Of a stretch of DNA of 20,670 nucleotides, positions 8,208 to 16,436 are shown in pieces. Every line of letters begins with the position of its first letter. Within the stretch, counting starts at the first letter, position 1. The DNA is from a candidate division WOR-3 bacterium (GTDB lineage Bacteria; Hydrothermota; Tepidihabitantia; Tepidihabitantales; Tepidihabitantaceae): positions 1 to 20,670 of the forward strand of contig CBFGIY010000042.1 of the NCBI GenBank assembly GCA_965648935.1, given 5' to 3'. A program made the position numbers and the translations under genes. The notes beneath the pieces were generated by a model. It saw only the letters and a program-made list of their open reading frames with translations, made no database searches and was not told the origin of the DNA.

Positions 8208-9491
8208 CTAATCCTCCCGTTCAATGACAATTATACCGAGGTCACGGTCCGCGCCATAGACGTAGCGGCCGACCGCTGCCACTCCGCGCGTGTTGCTGCC
8301 GGGCAGGCGTGCCGCCAACAGAGGCGCGTCGGGTCGCGCAACGTTGACGATCCCTACGCCGCCGGCACCGCACGCGACCAGCGCCAGCGTGTCGGCAAGG
8401 CTCACCCGCGTGGCATAGCCGGGCAGCGCCAGGACAGCCTGCAGCCTGAGCTGACGCGGGTCGGCGGCGTCAACAACGACCAGTCCGCCCCGACCGTCAG
8501 CCACGACGACAGTGGTTCCACGTGCGTCAATCCCGCGGGCATTGGACGGCGTATCGAGCCAGCCGAGCCGGGTCGGCGGCATCGTTCTCACGTCCCACGC
8601 CTCGACACCCAGCTGCTCAAGGGCAAGGTAGCAGATACCGTCAGCGACCGCAACGCCGCGGCAGCCGCGCGGGTAACGGTACTGAAACACCAGTTCCGGG
8701 TAACGGGCCCGCGCCGCATTGGCTACTATGAACTGGGCATCGGCCGCGATGAATACGAAGCTATCGGATGCGGCAACGTCGAATCCGTAGCCTGGCTGCG
8801 GGTATTCCAGCTCGCCCAGCACGAACAAGCTGTCGGGCCGCGCGGCGCTGTAGGTTGCGAGCTCCTTGTAGCCATAGGCAACGTGCAGCAGCGTGTCAAC
8901 CGGGCAGACGCCGTATGCCTCGTTCTGCGAATCCATCACACGACACAGCAGCACGGGCTCTGCCGGATTGGCCAGGCTGTGGGCCGAGACGCCGGCCTGG
9001 CCCTCGGCCGCGAACAGCAGGCTACCGCACGCCGCGATGTCCTGCGCGTAACCAGTGAGGGGAGCGTGACCGACGACCCGAAAGCGTGCCCGGCCGAACC
9101 GCCACGTCTCTGACCACACCCCGGCCACGCCGTCTTCGCCTATCGATCGCACGCGCCAGAAGTAGTCCCCGTCCGAGGCGAGACTGGTCTGCAGCGTCGT
9201 GTCGCTCACGGCGACGTCCAGCACGGGCTCTGCGAACCTGGCGTTTGTCGCAACCTGCACGCCGTACCGTGCCGCGTCCGGCGACCTGGACCAGACCAGA
9301 AGCGGCGAGGCGTGCGATGCGGTACCATCGCCGGGCGAGAGCAGCCAGGGCGGCACCGGTCCAATCAGAGGACGGTTGCAGGCAGACAGCGCCAGGCAGA
9401 GCAGCATCGCCCCACCCCGCACAGCGGCGCTTCGCCAGTCCGTGATTGACGGTCGAGAACCCCAAGTCGGCAACTGAATCGCTCCTTTCAT
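8208..9491 (-). CDS. Lipoprotein with N-terminal Fn3/Ig-like module and LVIVD-repeat beta-propeller
   Basis: Lipobox LSA-C; LLSPGDG..LVWS..YGVQVA..YFWRVR..WSETW module; repeats such as VADGRGGLVVVDAADP, ACGAGGVGIVNVARP, AEGQAGVSAHSLANP. ATG overlaps the upstream stop (ATGA); alternative start at 9407. Confidence 0.82.
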   Translation of the reverse strand: MKGAIQLPTWGSRPSITDWRSAAVRGGAMLLCLALSACNRPLIGPVPPWLLSPGDGTASHASPLLVWSRSPDAARYGVQVATNARFAEPVLDVAVSDTTLQTSLASDGDYFWRVRSIGEDGVAGVWSETWRFGRARFRVVGHAPLTGYAQDIAACGSLLFAAEGQAGVSAHSLANPAEPVLLCRVMDSQNEAYGVCPVDTLLHVAYGYKELATYSAARPDSLFVLGELEYPQPGYGFDVAASDSFVFIAADAQFIVANAARARYPELVFQYRYPRGCRGVAVADGICYLALEQLGVEAWDVRTMPPTRLGWLDTPSNARGIDARGTTVVVADGRGGLVVVDAADPRQLRLQAVLALPGYATRVSLADTLALVACGAGGVGIVNVARPDAPLLAARLPGSNTRGVAAVGRYVYGADRDLGIIVIERED

Positions 9492-10531
9492 CGTGACCGC
9501 CCTGACAGCACGATTCCCAGGCTGAAGCTGTTCTTGCGGTACTCCTTCACCTCGTCAATCTGATAGCTGCTTGCGGACAGAAGCTGCCGCCACTCGGCCT
9601 CGTAGCCCAGCGAGAAGGTGACGCCGGCATGACGGTAGCGCAGCTCTACACCCGCCCGGCTTATGTCATCGACTCGCCCGGCGTGCGCCGGGTCGACACT
9701 CGCCGGGTTCCGGGTTGTGAACCTGCGCCGAGCGAAACCGTAACTCAGGACCGCGCCAAACCGGTCAAACCGCATCGGCCGGGTCTCGATGCTGATGTCC
9801 ACCCCGTTCTGCCGGTAGGAGATATCGGGTACCGGCCCTGCCGCATCGGCCGTCTTGTACTCGTATTGCGCCTGCACGCGGATGTTGTCAAGCACGCGCC
9901 AGTCGATCCCGGAACCCAGTCGCCACGCCCGCGTGTCGTAGTAGTCAAAGGACCCGGCGTAGTCGTCGAACTGACGCCGCACTCGCATGAAGGCATCGAG
10001 CCGGCCGAACTGCTGGCTGACTCGTGCGGAAAACAGGTGCTCGGTGAAACGACACGGCTCATAGCGCGAGATTCCGGCCGGCCGGTAGTTGCGAACCAAG
10101 TAGTCGGGCAGGAACAGGTATGAGAGAGAAACCCCGCCTCCGGTCCAGGCCATCTGCTCGATCTCGAGCGTGGCCAGACCGTAGCTCTTCTCGGGATTCG
10201 ACAGAAAACCGTGCAGGCGCGTGCGAATGCCGACCGAGCCGGGCCGAACACCCAGCGTGTAACGCAGAAGGCACGCCATGCCGATGTTGAGGTCGATGTC
10301 GTCTGCCGAGCGCACCGGGTAACGCGCCGGGTTCACGCCGCGGACGAAACTGTCGAGGTCAGCCGGCGAGTACTCGAACAAATTGTCAACGTAGGTCGGC
10401 TGGAACTCGGCGCGCCAGGACAGCATGGGCAGCGCGTGCGTCTGAGTAGCACACAGCAGAACGAGTGCGGACACTGCTCGAAAAGTCACCTGCGTCACCT
10501 GACAGGCTGCGGCCTGAGTGCTGACAGCCAT
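9488..10531 (-). CDS. Putative outer-membrane beta-barrel protein
   Basis: Signal-peptide-like N-terminus (..LVLLCATQTHA), then many amphipathic Tyr/Arg-rich strands (IRVQAQYEYK, AVLSYGFARR, AGVELRYR, FSLGYEAEW, SFSLGIVL) and no TM helices. Start uncertain (ATG 10531 or a downstream GTG); the ORF-track start at 10573 overlaps the upstream gene. Confidence 0.65.
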   Translation of the reverse strand: MAVSTQAAACQVTQVTFRAVSALVLLCATQTHALPMLSWRAEFQPTYVDNLFEYSPADLDSFVRGVNPARYPVRSADDIDLNIGMACLLRYTLGVRPGSVGIRTRLHGFLSNPEKSYGLATLEIEQMAWTGGGVSLSYLFLPDYLVRNYRPAGISRYEPCRFTEHLFSARVSQQFGRLDAFMRVRRQFDDYAGSFDYYDTRAWRLGSGIDWRVLDNIRVQAQYEYKTADAAGPVPDISYRQNGVDISIETRPMRFDRFGAVLSYGFARRRFTTRNPASVDPAHAGRVDDISRAGVELRYRHAGVTFSLGYEAEWRQLLSASSYQIDEVKEYRKNSFSLGIVLSGRSR

Positions 10532-10535
10532 TCCT

Positions 10536-11450
10536 TCATTCGTACTTCTCCACCGGCAGATACTCCACCGCAAGTCCAGCTGACTTGGCCAGAGTTCCGC
10601 TCAGGAGCAGACTGATCTCGTGTTTCCCCTCGGGCAGGTTGAAGCGCATCGTTCTCGGGGTTGACGGCACCAGATCAGCTACGCCGCGCCACGTCGCCCC
10701 ATCCGAACGCCACACCTGGAAACCCTGGCGCGCCTGCTGCCTGCCGTCCACCGTCGCGGTCAGAACCAGACCTTGACGCCCGGCCAGCGACGCATCGTAG
10801 TTCAGGCGAACGCGCACCTGAACCCGACACGGGCCGTCGATTGTCGCCATTGCCGGCCGGTTGGGTGCAACTCGCCAGAACCGCCCGGCCATGGTCGAGG
10901 ACTCCAGCTCAAGCACCGGCAGACCGGCCAGCTCGACCGACCGCCAGGGCCGGGGCGACTGGAACGCGAACCGCACGCCAACGGTTTCCGCCGGTGAGCG
11001 GTCCAGCACGAGGCGATAGCGATTCGGTCCGGCCGGCACCTGAAGGAAGAACGAACGCCACTGCGAAACCCTGCGCCCATCGGGACCGAAGCTCGACGAC
11101 GATAGGCCGACATCGAACTGCTCCGGACGCTCGGCATCATCCTGCCACAGCGTCAGCCGGTATGACTGCAGCCCCTGTGCATTCGCCGGCCACCACAGCC
11201 GCGAGTAGACACGCAGCCAGGTCGGCCCCTCAACTTCGAACTCCAGTGGCGCCGAACGAGTCAGAAGGTGATACTCCAGGTCAACGCGCCGCACTACGCT
11301 GACAGCCGCCACGCCCGCGCCGCCCGTTGTCTTCACCTCTGCCCCTGATACGAGCCCGGCCAGCAGAGCCAGAGCTACGAAGGACTGCATCCTCAGACTG
11401 ACGGCCGAACAGCCTTCAAGCCCGCGATCAGCGAACAGCGGTGCAATCAA
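10536..11450 (-). CDS. Secreted hypothetical protein with two internally duplicated beta-rich domains
   Basis: TTG start overlaps the pgsW stop (TTGA) with GAGGAGGT upstream (alternative ATG 11390). Signal peptide FVALALLAGLVSGA; two similar halves (GPTWLRVYSRL..VPAGPNRYRL and GPCRVQVRVRL..LPEGKHEISL). Confidence 0.78.
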   Translation of the reverse strand: MIAPLFADRGLEGCSAVSLRMQSFVALALLAGLVSGAEVKTTGGAGVAAVSVVRRVDLEYHLLTRSAPLEFEVEGPTWLRVYSRLWWPANAQGLQSYRLTLWQDDAERPEQFDVGLSSSSFGPDGRRVSQWRSFFLQVPAGPNRYRLVLDRSPAETVGVRFAFQSPRPWRSVELAGLPVLELESSTMAGRFWRVAPNRPAMATIDGPCRVQVRVRLNYDASLAGRQGLVLTATVDGRQQARQGFQVWRSDGATWRGVADLVPSTPRTMRFNLPEGKHEISLLLSGTLAKSAGLAVEYLPVEKYE

Positions 11451-12547
11451 ACCGACACCTCCTCGTCCCGACTCCGTTTCACGCCCAGGTACGACTCAAC
11501 ATCATAGCGCACCACGAACCACAGCACCGCCAGAAGCGCCGCGGCGAGCAGCCCGGCAAGCCATGTCGAGAAGCGCCTCTCGTAAAAAAGCCTTCCGCGG
11601 CCCGGTTCGGGCAGCGGCACCGGTGCTATGGGCAGCCGCCACGCCGCTGCGACCCGGCGCGGGTTGGCGATATGCACCACCGCTGTCCCGCGTTCCAGCA
11701 GCGCGCGGACCAGTCCGCCCGCAAGCCGGGCGTCAGCACGACCGCGCAGAACGCGTGACGGCGCCGGCGACTGCCGGTCACCCAGATGCACCGCGGCACG
11801 ACCGACGCAGACTGCCGCCTTGACACGCCCGAGCGCTTGCAGGCGGGCGGCGGTGCCTGCGGCCAGACTTTCCGGCGTGACTACACTCATCCCGGCTTGA
11901 GCAGCCGCATCCGTCAAGAGGTCACGGCCCTCTGGCGACAGTCCGCGGCCGTCATCATCGTCGCCGCCGACGAACGCGAGCGTGGTGCGGACTTCTGTGA
12001 CTCCTGACCGCACGAGCATCTGCTCGATATCGGGCCAGAGCATGCCCGGCTGGTTTGCGCCCCACATTCCGGCGGACAGCGTTGTGACCACGACCGGCTG
12101 CAATCGCATCGCGCCGGCAGCGGCCAGCACCGCGATGTTCAGCGCCGGCCACGTTCCGTCCCAGGAGATGCCGATCGTATCGCCCGGGCGCGCGCCGGCC
12201 TCGAGCAGCATCTCCACAACGGCAGCGGCGAAGTTCGGATTCGCCGTTGTCAGAGCGTCGCTCAGGTCGCTGCGGCTGTGGGTCACTGGCGAGAACTGAA
12301 GACCCACCAGACCGGTGGCATTGGGGTCGTTGATGCTGTCAATCGGCAGGCCCAGACTGTCGCGCAGGGCCTTGACCTCGGCCAGCGCGGCTCGCGCCAC
12401 GCGCGCGGCGGCGAGCTTCACTTCGAATCCCCGGCTGCGCACCTGCCGCGCCGTTCTGGTCTCGACCCAGTACAGAGCCAAAGCCAGCAAGGCAACCCCT
12501 ACCAGTACCCAGCGGTTGACGCGGCCATGCCGTCGACGAAGACCCAC
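11447..12547 (-). CDS. pgsW: Poly-gamma-glutamate system protein PgsW-like
   Basis: GTG start at 12547 shares one base with the pgsC TAG; AAGGAG 7 nt upstream; 366 aa. N- and C-terminal TM helices; motifs DPNATGLVG, NPNFAA, GARPGDTI, PALNIAV, WGAN; directly downstream of pgsBC. Confidence 0.82.
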   Translation of the reverse strand: MGLRRRHGRVNRWVLVGVALLALALYWVETRTARQVRSRGFEVKLAAARVARAALAEVKALRDSLGLPIDSINDPNATGLVGLQFSPVTHSRSDLSDALTTANPNFAAAVVEMLLEAGARPGDTIGISWDGTWPALNIAVLAAAGAMRLQPVVVTTLSAGMWGANQPGMLWPDIEQMLVRSGVTEVRTTLAFVGGDDDDGRGLSPEGRDLLTDAAAQAGMSVVTPESLAAGTAARLQALGRVKAAVCVGRAAVHLGDRQSPAPSRVLRGRADARLAGGLVRALLERGTAVVHIANPRRVAAAWRLPIAPVPLPEPGRGRLFYERRFSTWLAGLLAAALLAVLWFVVRYDVESYLGVKRSRDEEVSV

Positions 12548-12990
12548 TAGAACACTCCTTGGGAAACCACGGTCATCACCAGCCGCGTGAGCACCGCTGC
12601 CGACAGCATCGTCGCGATTGTCTCGACTATACCCTGCCGGTGCATCCAGTAGGCAACCAGACCCGGGACCACATAGCCAATAACACTTACATCCAGACGG
12701 GCCCCGTTGAGAGCCAGCGGCGGGGCGATCTTGGTGGCATAACCCAGCAGATATCCGACCAGCACCGCCAGCAGCATCATTCTGCGCCCATGCATCACCG
12801 CGACCAGAGACACGAGTTTGACCACCAGCCACGTCGCCAGGGAAACGGCAAGCGTGGTTGCGACCCTGAGCGGCTCGGTCAGCGCGAGAGCGAAGTAGCC
12901 CGGCACCACGATGCCGCCGGCGGCCAGGCCGACAGTCTCGGTCAGCACGAACGACGCTACCATCCCCAGCCCTATCGTTTCAATGACCAC
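12547..12990 (-). CDS. pgsC: Poly-gamma-glutamate biosynthesis protein PgsC/CapC
   Basis: GTG start at 12990 with GAGGAG 6 nt upstream gives 147 aa. Hydrophobic, with ETVGLAAGGIVVPGYFAL, GRR and IGYVVPGLVAYWMHRQG motifs of CapC. Confidence 0.93.
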   Translation of the reverse strand: MVIETIGLGMVASFVLTETVGLAAGGIVVPGYFALALTEPLRVATTLAVSLATWLVVKLVSLVAVMHGRRMMLLAVLVGYLLGYATKIAPPLALNGARLDVSVIGYVVPGLVAYWMHRQGIVETIATMLSAAVLTRLVMTVVSQGVF

Positions 12991-14146
12991 CAGCAGCTCC
13001 TCGCTCAACGAAGTGGGCGATAAGTGAGTCACCGTAGCCCACCGTATTGCCCGTGGCGAACACCAGTGTCCGCGCCGAGGCCAGAGCGTGGATGCGCTCG
13101 TAGACCTCGGCCGGCGGCCTTTCATCGCCCAGGTCGGCGATGCGTTCGCGCGCGATGCCCGCCTCCTGCGCCTTCTGCACAAAGACCCGCGTGAGTCCGC
13201 CGGTCACCACGACGTGACGGAATGCCCAGCCCGCCACAAGCTCGGCGAGCTGGCGCGAACGGTCGGTACGGTCACGCCGGCAATTGACCAGCAACAGCCG
13301 GTCGCCGCACCGCGACTCCATCATGCGCCAGAGCGTCGCGATCGAGTCAGGGTCATTGGCCGCCAGCGTATTGACGACCTCGATTGTCTTGCCCCGGTCG
13401 GCAATGCTGATTATGCGCATCACCCCCGAGTCGGGCAGCGCGCGCTTCATCCCGTCGAGCGCCGCACTCCGGTTGACCCCGATGCTTTCGCACACCGACA
13501 AGGCCAGCGCAACATTCTCCTTGTGCTCTATGTAGCTGAAACCCGCCATCTCGTCGTCGCTGACAGACCCCGGGTCGGTCACCTTCATCTCGACATCCGG
13601 GCCGACGCGTTCCTTGAGCCTGGCAAGCTGCGGCCCGCGCTCGGCGGTGAAGAAGCGGCCCCGGCGCGGCACGGTCAGACTGAGTGCCCGTCCCACGTCA
13701 TCAACCGTCGGCCCCATGACATCCAGATGATCGGCACGAACATTGGTTATCACTCCGTGAGTGGGCCGTACGATCACCTCGTTCTCGATGCGTTGATACT
13801 GCGGGATCAGAGCCATGCACTCTATGACCAGCGCTTCGGCACGCCGCGCCTCAGCCAGCCGGACGATGCGCAGGTCTTCGGCTATGTTGGCCTTGCCCAG
13901 CCGGCGGACCGGGTACTCCTCACGGTCGCCGGTGATGAAGCGCGGCTTGGTTCCGGTCACCTTGGCCACCGTCCTGACCCCCCCGCTCCGCAGGCCGGCC
14001 GCGATGAGGCGGGTGACCGACGACTTGCCGCGGGTTCCGTTCACCTGCACTCTTATCGGTATCCGTGTCAACCTGCGGCGGTGGAGAGCATACTCCACGA
14101 CGCCAAACAGGATGAACCCGGTGGTCAGCAGCAGTATTATCAGCAC
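12980..14146 (-). CDS. pgsB: Poly-gamma-glutamate synthase PgsB/CapB (Mur ligase family)
   Basis: 388 aa, GTG start. N-terminal TM anchor; VNGTRGKSSVTRLI P-loop, ECMAL, ITNVRADHLDVMGPT, AANDPDS, NCRRDRTDRS, GNTVG motifs. Confidence 0.95.
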   Translation of the reverse strand: MLIILLLTTGFILFGVVEYALHRRRLTRIPIRVQVNGTRGKSSVTRLIAAGLRSGGVRTVAKVTGTKPRFITGDREEYPVRRLGKANIAEDLRIVRLAEARRAEALVIECMALIPQYQRIENEVIVRPTHGVITNVRADHLDVMGPTVDDVGRALSLTVPRRGRFFTAERGPQLARLKERVGPDVEMKVTDPGSVSDDEMAGFSYIEHKENVALALSVCESIGVNRSAALDGMKRALPDSGVMRIISIADRGKTIEVVNTLAANDPDSIATLWRMMESRCGDRLLLVNCRRDRTDRSRQLAELVAGWAFRHVVVTGGLTRVFVQKAQEAGIARERIADLGDERPPAEVYERIHALASARTLVFATGNTVGYGDSLIAHFVERGAAGGH

Positions 14147-14173
14147 TTGTTGCCCGAGCTGAGGCCAAACAGG

Positions 14174-14201
14174 ATTCTAGGCGCGACGGAAGACATGTCA
14201 A
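14174..14201 (-). promoter_or_regulatory. sigma70-type promoter of the pgsB operon
   Basis: TTGACA (14201-14196), 16-nt spacer, TAGAAT (14179-14174), 27 nt upstream of the pgsB start. Confidence 0.8.
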
Positions 14202-14251
14202 TCTGACCCGGCAGACCGGCAATCCCTGCGCCGGACCCGCCACAGAGCGCA

Positions 14252-14276
14252 GCGGGCCCGGCACAGCCGGGCCCGC
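14252..14276 (-). terminator. GC-rich hairpin after hppA (possible terminator or RNA-stabilising stem)
   Basis: Perfect 11-bp inverted repeat GCGGGCCCGGC-ACA-GCCGGGCCCGC 24 nt after the hppA stop; no U-tract. Confidence 0.5.
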
Positions 14277-14300
14277 GAGAACTGACTCGTATGTCGCCTG

Positions 14301-16436
14301 TTACTTGAGCCAGGGCAACCAGGACGAGACCTTGAGCACCAGGCCAAGCACGACGATCGATACCATCGACTGAAGCTTCAGCAGAATGTTGAGCGACGGG
14401 CCGGAGGCATCCTTGAGCGGGTCGCCAACCGTGTCTCCGACCACGGCAGCCTTGTGCGCCGGCGAACCCTTCCCCCCGAACGCACCCTTCTCGATGAACT
14501 TCTTCGCATTGTCCCAGGCCCCGCCCGAATTGGCCGAGAAAATGGCAAGGCAGAACCCGGCGGCCAGGCCACCGATCAGGAACCCGGCCACGCCTTCCGC
14601 ACCAAGCAGCAGCCCGACCACTATCGGCGTGACTATCGCCATCAGCGAAGGTCCGATCATCTCCTTCTGCGCGGCCTTGGTGCATATCGTCACGGCGCTC
14701 GCATAGTCCGGCTTGGCCTTGCCCTCCATCAGGCCCGGTATCTCCTTGAACTGACGACGCACTTCGTCGGCGATCTTCGAGGCGGTCCGGCCGACTGCCC
14801 GCATCACCATTGAAGACACGCCCATCGGCAGCATCGCGCCCAGGAACATCCCGGCGATCAGCATCGGATTCATCAGGGTGAGGTCAAGCTCGACCGTGTG
14901 ACCGAGCACCTTCTGGCTCATCAGATTGACCTCGTCGCGGTAGGCCGCGACCAGGGCGAGCGCGGTCAGCGCCGCCGAGCCGATGGCGAAACCCTTGCCG
15001 GTTGCCGCAGTGGTATTGCCCAGCGCATCAAGCGCGTCCGTGCGCTCGCGGACGACCGGCTCCTGGTGAGTCATCTCGGCCACGCCGCCGGCATTGTCGG
15101 CCACCGGGCCGTACGCATCGGTCGCCAGAGTGATGCCCAGAGTCGCCAGCATGCCGACCGCTGAGATGCCTATGCCGTAGAGCCCGAGAGAAGGGTTCGA
15201 CGCGCCACCGGCAAGGAAGTAGCTGGCCACGATCGCCACGGCAATCGTGATGACGATCGGCACTGTTGAACTCATTCCCACTGCCAGGCCCTCGATGATG
15301 ACTGTCGCCGGCGAGGTCTTGGCCTCGGCCGATATGCCCTGCACGGGCTTGTAGCTGTCGGAAGTGTACCTTTCGGTGAAGTATCCAACCAGCACCCCGG
15401 CGAGCAGTCCGGAGAGAATCGACCAGAAGACCTGTGTGTGCCCGGGCAGCAGCCAGCGCACGAGCACGAACCCGAGCACCGCGGACAGCACGGCCGCGCC
15501 GTAGATGCCGCGCCGCAGCGCCGCGAGCAGCACGCTCTGCTCGGCCCGCTCGCCTGCGCGCACCAGGAAGCTGGCAATGATGGACGCGGCGATGCCGACC
15601 CCGGCCATGACCATCGGCAGCAGCACGCCGTTGACCTCAAAACCCGACCCGGCGAACGCGGCGATCGACAAAGCCATCGTCGCGACCATCGAACCGACGT
15701 AGGACTCGTAGAGGTCTGCGCCCATGCCGGCGATGTCGCCGACGCAATCACCGACGTTGTCGGCAATAACCGCGGGATTGCGCGGGTCGTCCTCGGGTAT
15801 CCCGGCCTCGACCTTGCCGACCAGGTCGGCACCGACGTCGGCCGCCTTGGTGAAAATGCCGCCGCCGACCCTGGCGAACAGCGCCTGCGAAGACGCCCCG
15901 ATGCCGAACGCCAGCATCGCTGAGGTTATCGCAGTCAGACGCTCCGCGGTGGGCAGGTTGGCGTAGACCGCGTTCAGGATTACGTACCAGACCGAAAGGT
16001 CAATGAGTCCGAGGCCAACCACGGTCAGCCCCATCACCAGCCCGGAAGAGAAAGCCACGCGCAGTCCAGAGTTCAGGCTCTGCTTGGCGGCCCAGGTGGT
16101 CCGGGCGCTCGAACGCACGCCGATGGACATTCCTATGAAACCGGACAGACCCGAGAAGAACCCGCCGGTGAGGAAAGCGAACGGCACGAACCAGGTTTGA
16201 AGCCCGAAGATGGCCAGCACGCACAGCAACACGAACACCACTGCGAAGAACAGGCTCACGCCCTTGTACTGCTGCTTCAGATAGGCCATCGCGCCGATGC
16301 GGACGGCCCTGGCCACTTCCTTCATCGGCTCGGTGCCCTCGCTCCGTTTCAGGTTGCTCAATGCCGTCAGAAGGGCAAACAGCAACGCGACGATCGCGCC
16401 GGCCGGCGCGATCCAGAAAATCGGGCTGATGCTCAT
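14301..16436 (-). CDS. hppA: Membrane-integral K+-dependent pyrophosphatase, probably Na+,H+-translocating
   Basis: 711 aa, AAGGAG RBS. GGIFTKAADVGADLVGKVEAGIPEDDPRNPAVIADNVGD, ADLYESY, DAYGPVADNAGG, GNTTAATGKG, GGAWDNAKK, GDTVGDPLKD motifs. Confidence 0.97.
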   Translation of the reverse strand: MSISPIFWIAPAGAIVALLFALLTALSNLKRSEGTEPMKEVARAVRIGAMAYLKQQYKGVSLFFAVVFVLLCVLAIFGLQTWFVPFAFLTGGFFSGLSGFIGMSIGVRSSARTTWAAKQSLNSGLRVAFSSGLVMGLTVVGLGLIDLSVWYVILNAVYANLPTAERLTAITSAMLAFGIGASSQALFARVGGGIFTKAADVGADLVGKVEAGIPEDDPRNPAVIADNVGDCVGDIAGMGADLYESYVGSMVATMALSIAAFAGSGFEVNGVLLPMVMAGVGIAASIIASFLVRAGERAEQSVLLAALRRGIYGAAVLSAVLGFVLVRWLLPGHTQVFWSILSGLLAGVLVGYFTERYTSDSYKPVQGISAEAKTSPATVIIEGLAVGMSSTVPIVITIAVAIVASYFLAGGASNPSLGLYGIGISAVGMLATLGITLATDAYGPVADNAGGVAEMTHQEPVVRERTDALDALGNTTAATGKGFAIGSAALTALALVAAYRDEVNLMSQKVLGHTVELDLTLMNPMLIAGMFLGAMLPMGVSSMVMRAVGRTASKIADEVRRQFKEIPGLMEGKAKPDYASAVTICTKAAQKEMIGPSLMAIVTPIVVGLLLGAEGVAGFLIGGLAAGFCLAIFSANSGGAWDNAKKFIEKGAFGGKGSPAHKAAVVGDTVGDPLKDASGPSLNILLKLQSMVSIVVLGLVLKVSSWLPWLK

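Noticed and set aside
6501..9113. 870-aa plus-strand ORF (also 2862-4346, 4989-5996, 13088-14206 and similar)
   Set aside because: Antisense shadows of well-supported minus-strand genes in high-GC DNA; Arg/His-rich, no recognisable motifs.
9488..12982. TGA stops as possible selenocysteine read-through, given the nearby selC
   Set aside because: Each TGA falls at a natural C-terminus and overlaps or abuts the next start; no redox motif or SECIS-like hairpin was evident.
12548..13182. Long N-terminal extensions of pgsC (13182) and pgsW (12832) given by the ORF track
   Set aside because: They run through upstream genes; GTG starts at 12990 and 12547 have good RBSs and give family-typical lengths.
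174..14201. Operon as a tRNA-integrated genomic island
   Set aside because: It lies on the 5' side of selC; no integrase, att duplication or mobile-element gene is visible.
14301..16436. hppA as part of the PGA operon (recycling PPi from synthesis)
   Set aside because: A hairpin and a separate promoter lie between them, and PgsB-type Mur ligases release ADP + Pi rather than PPi.
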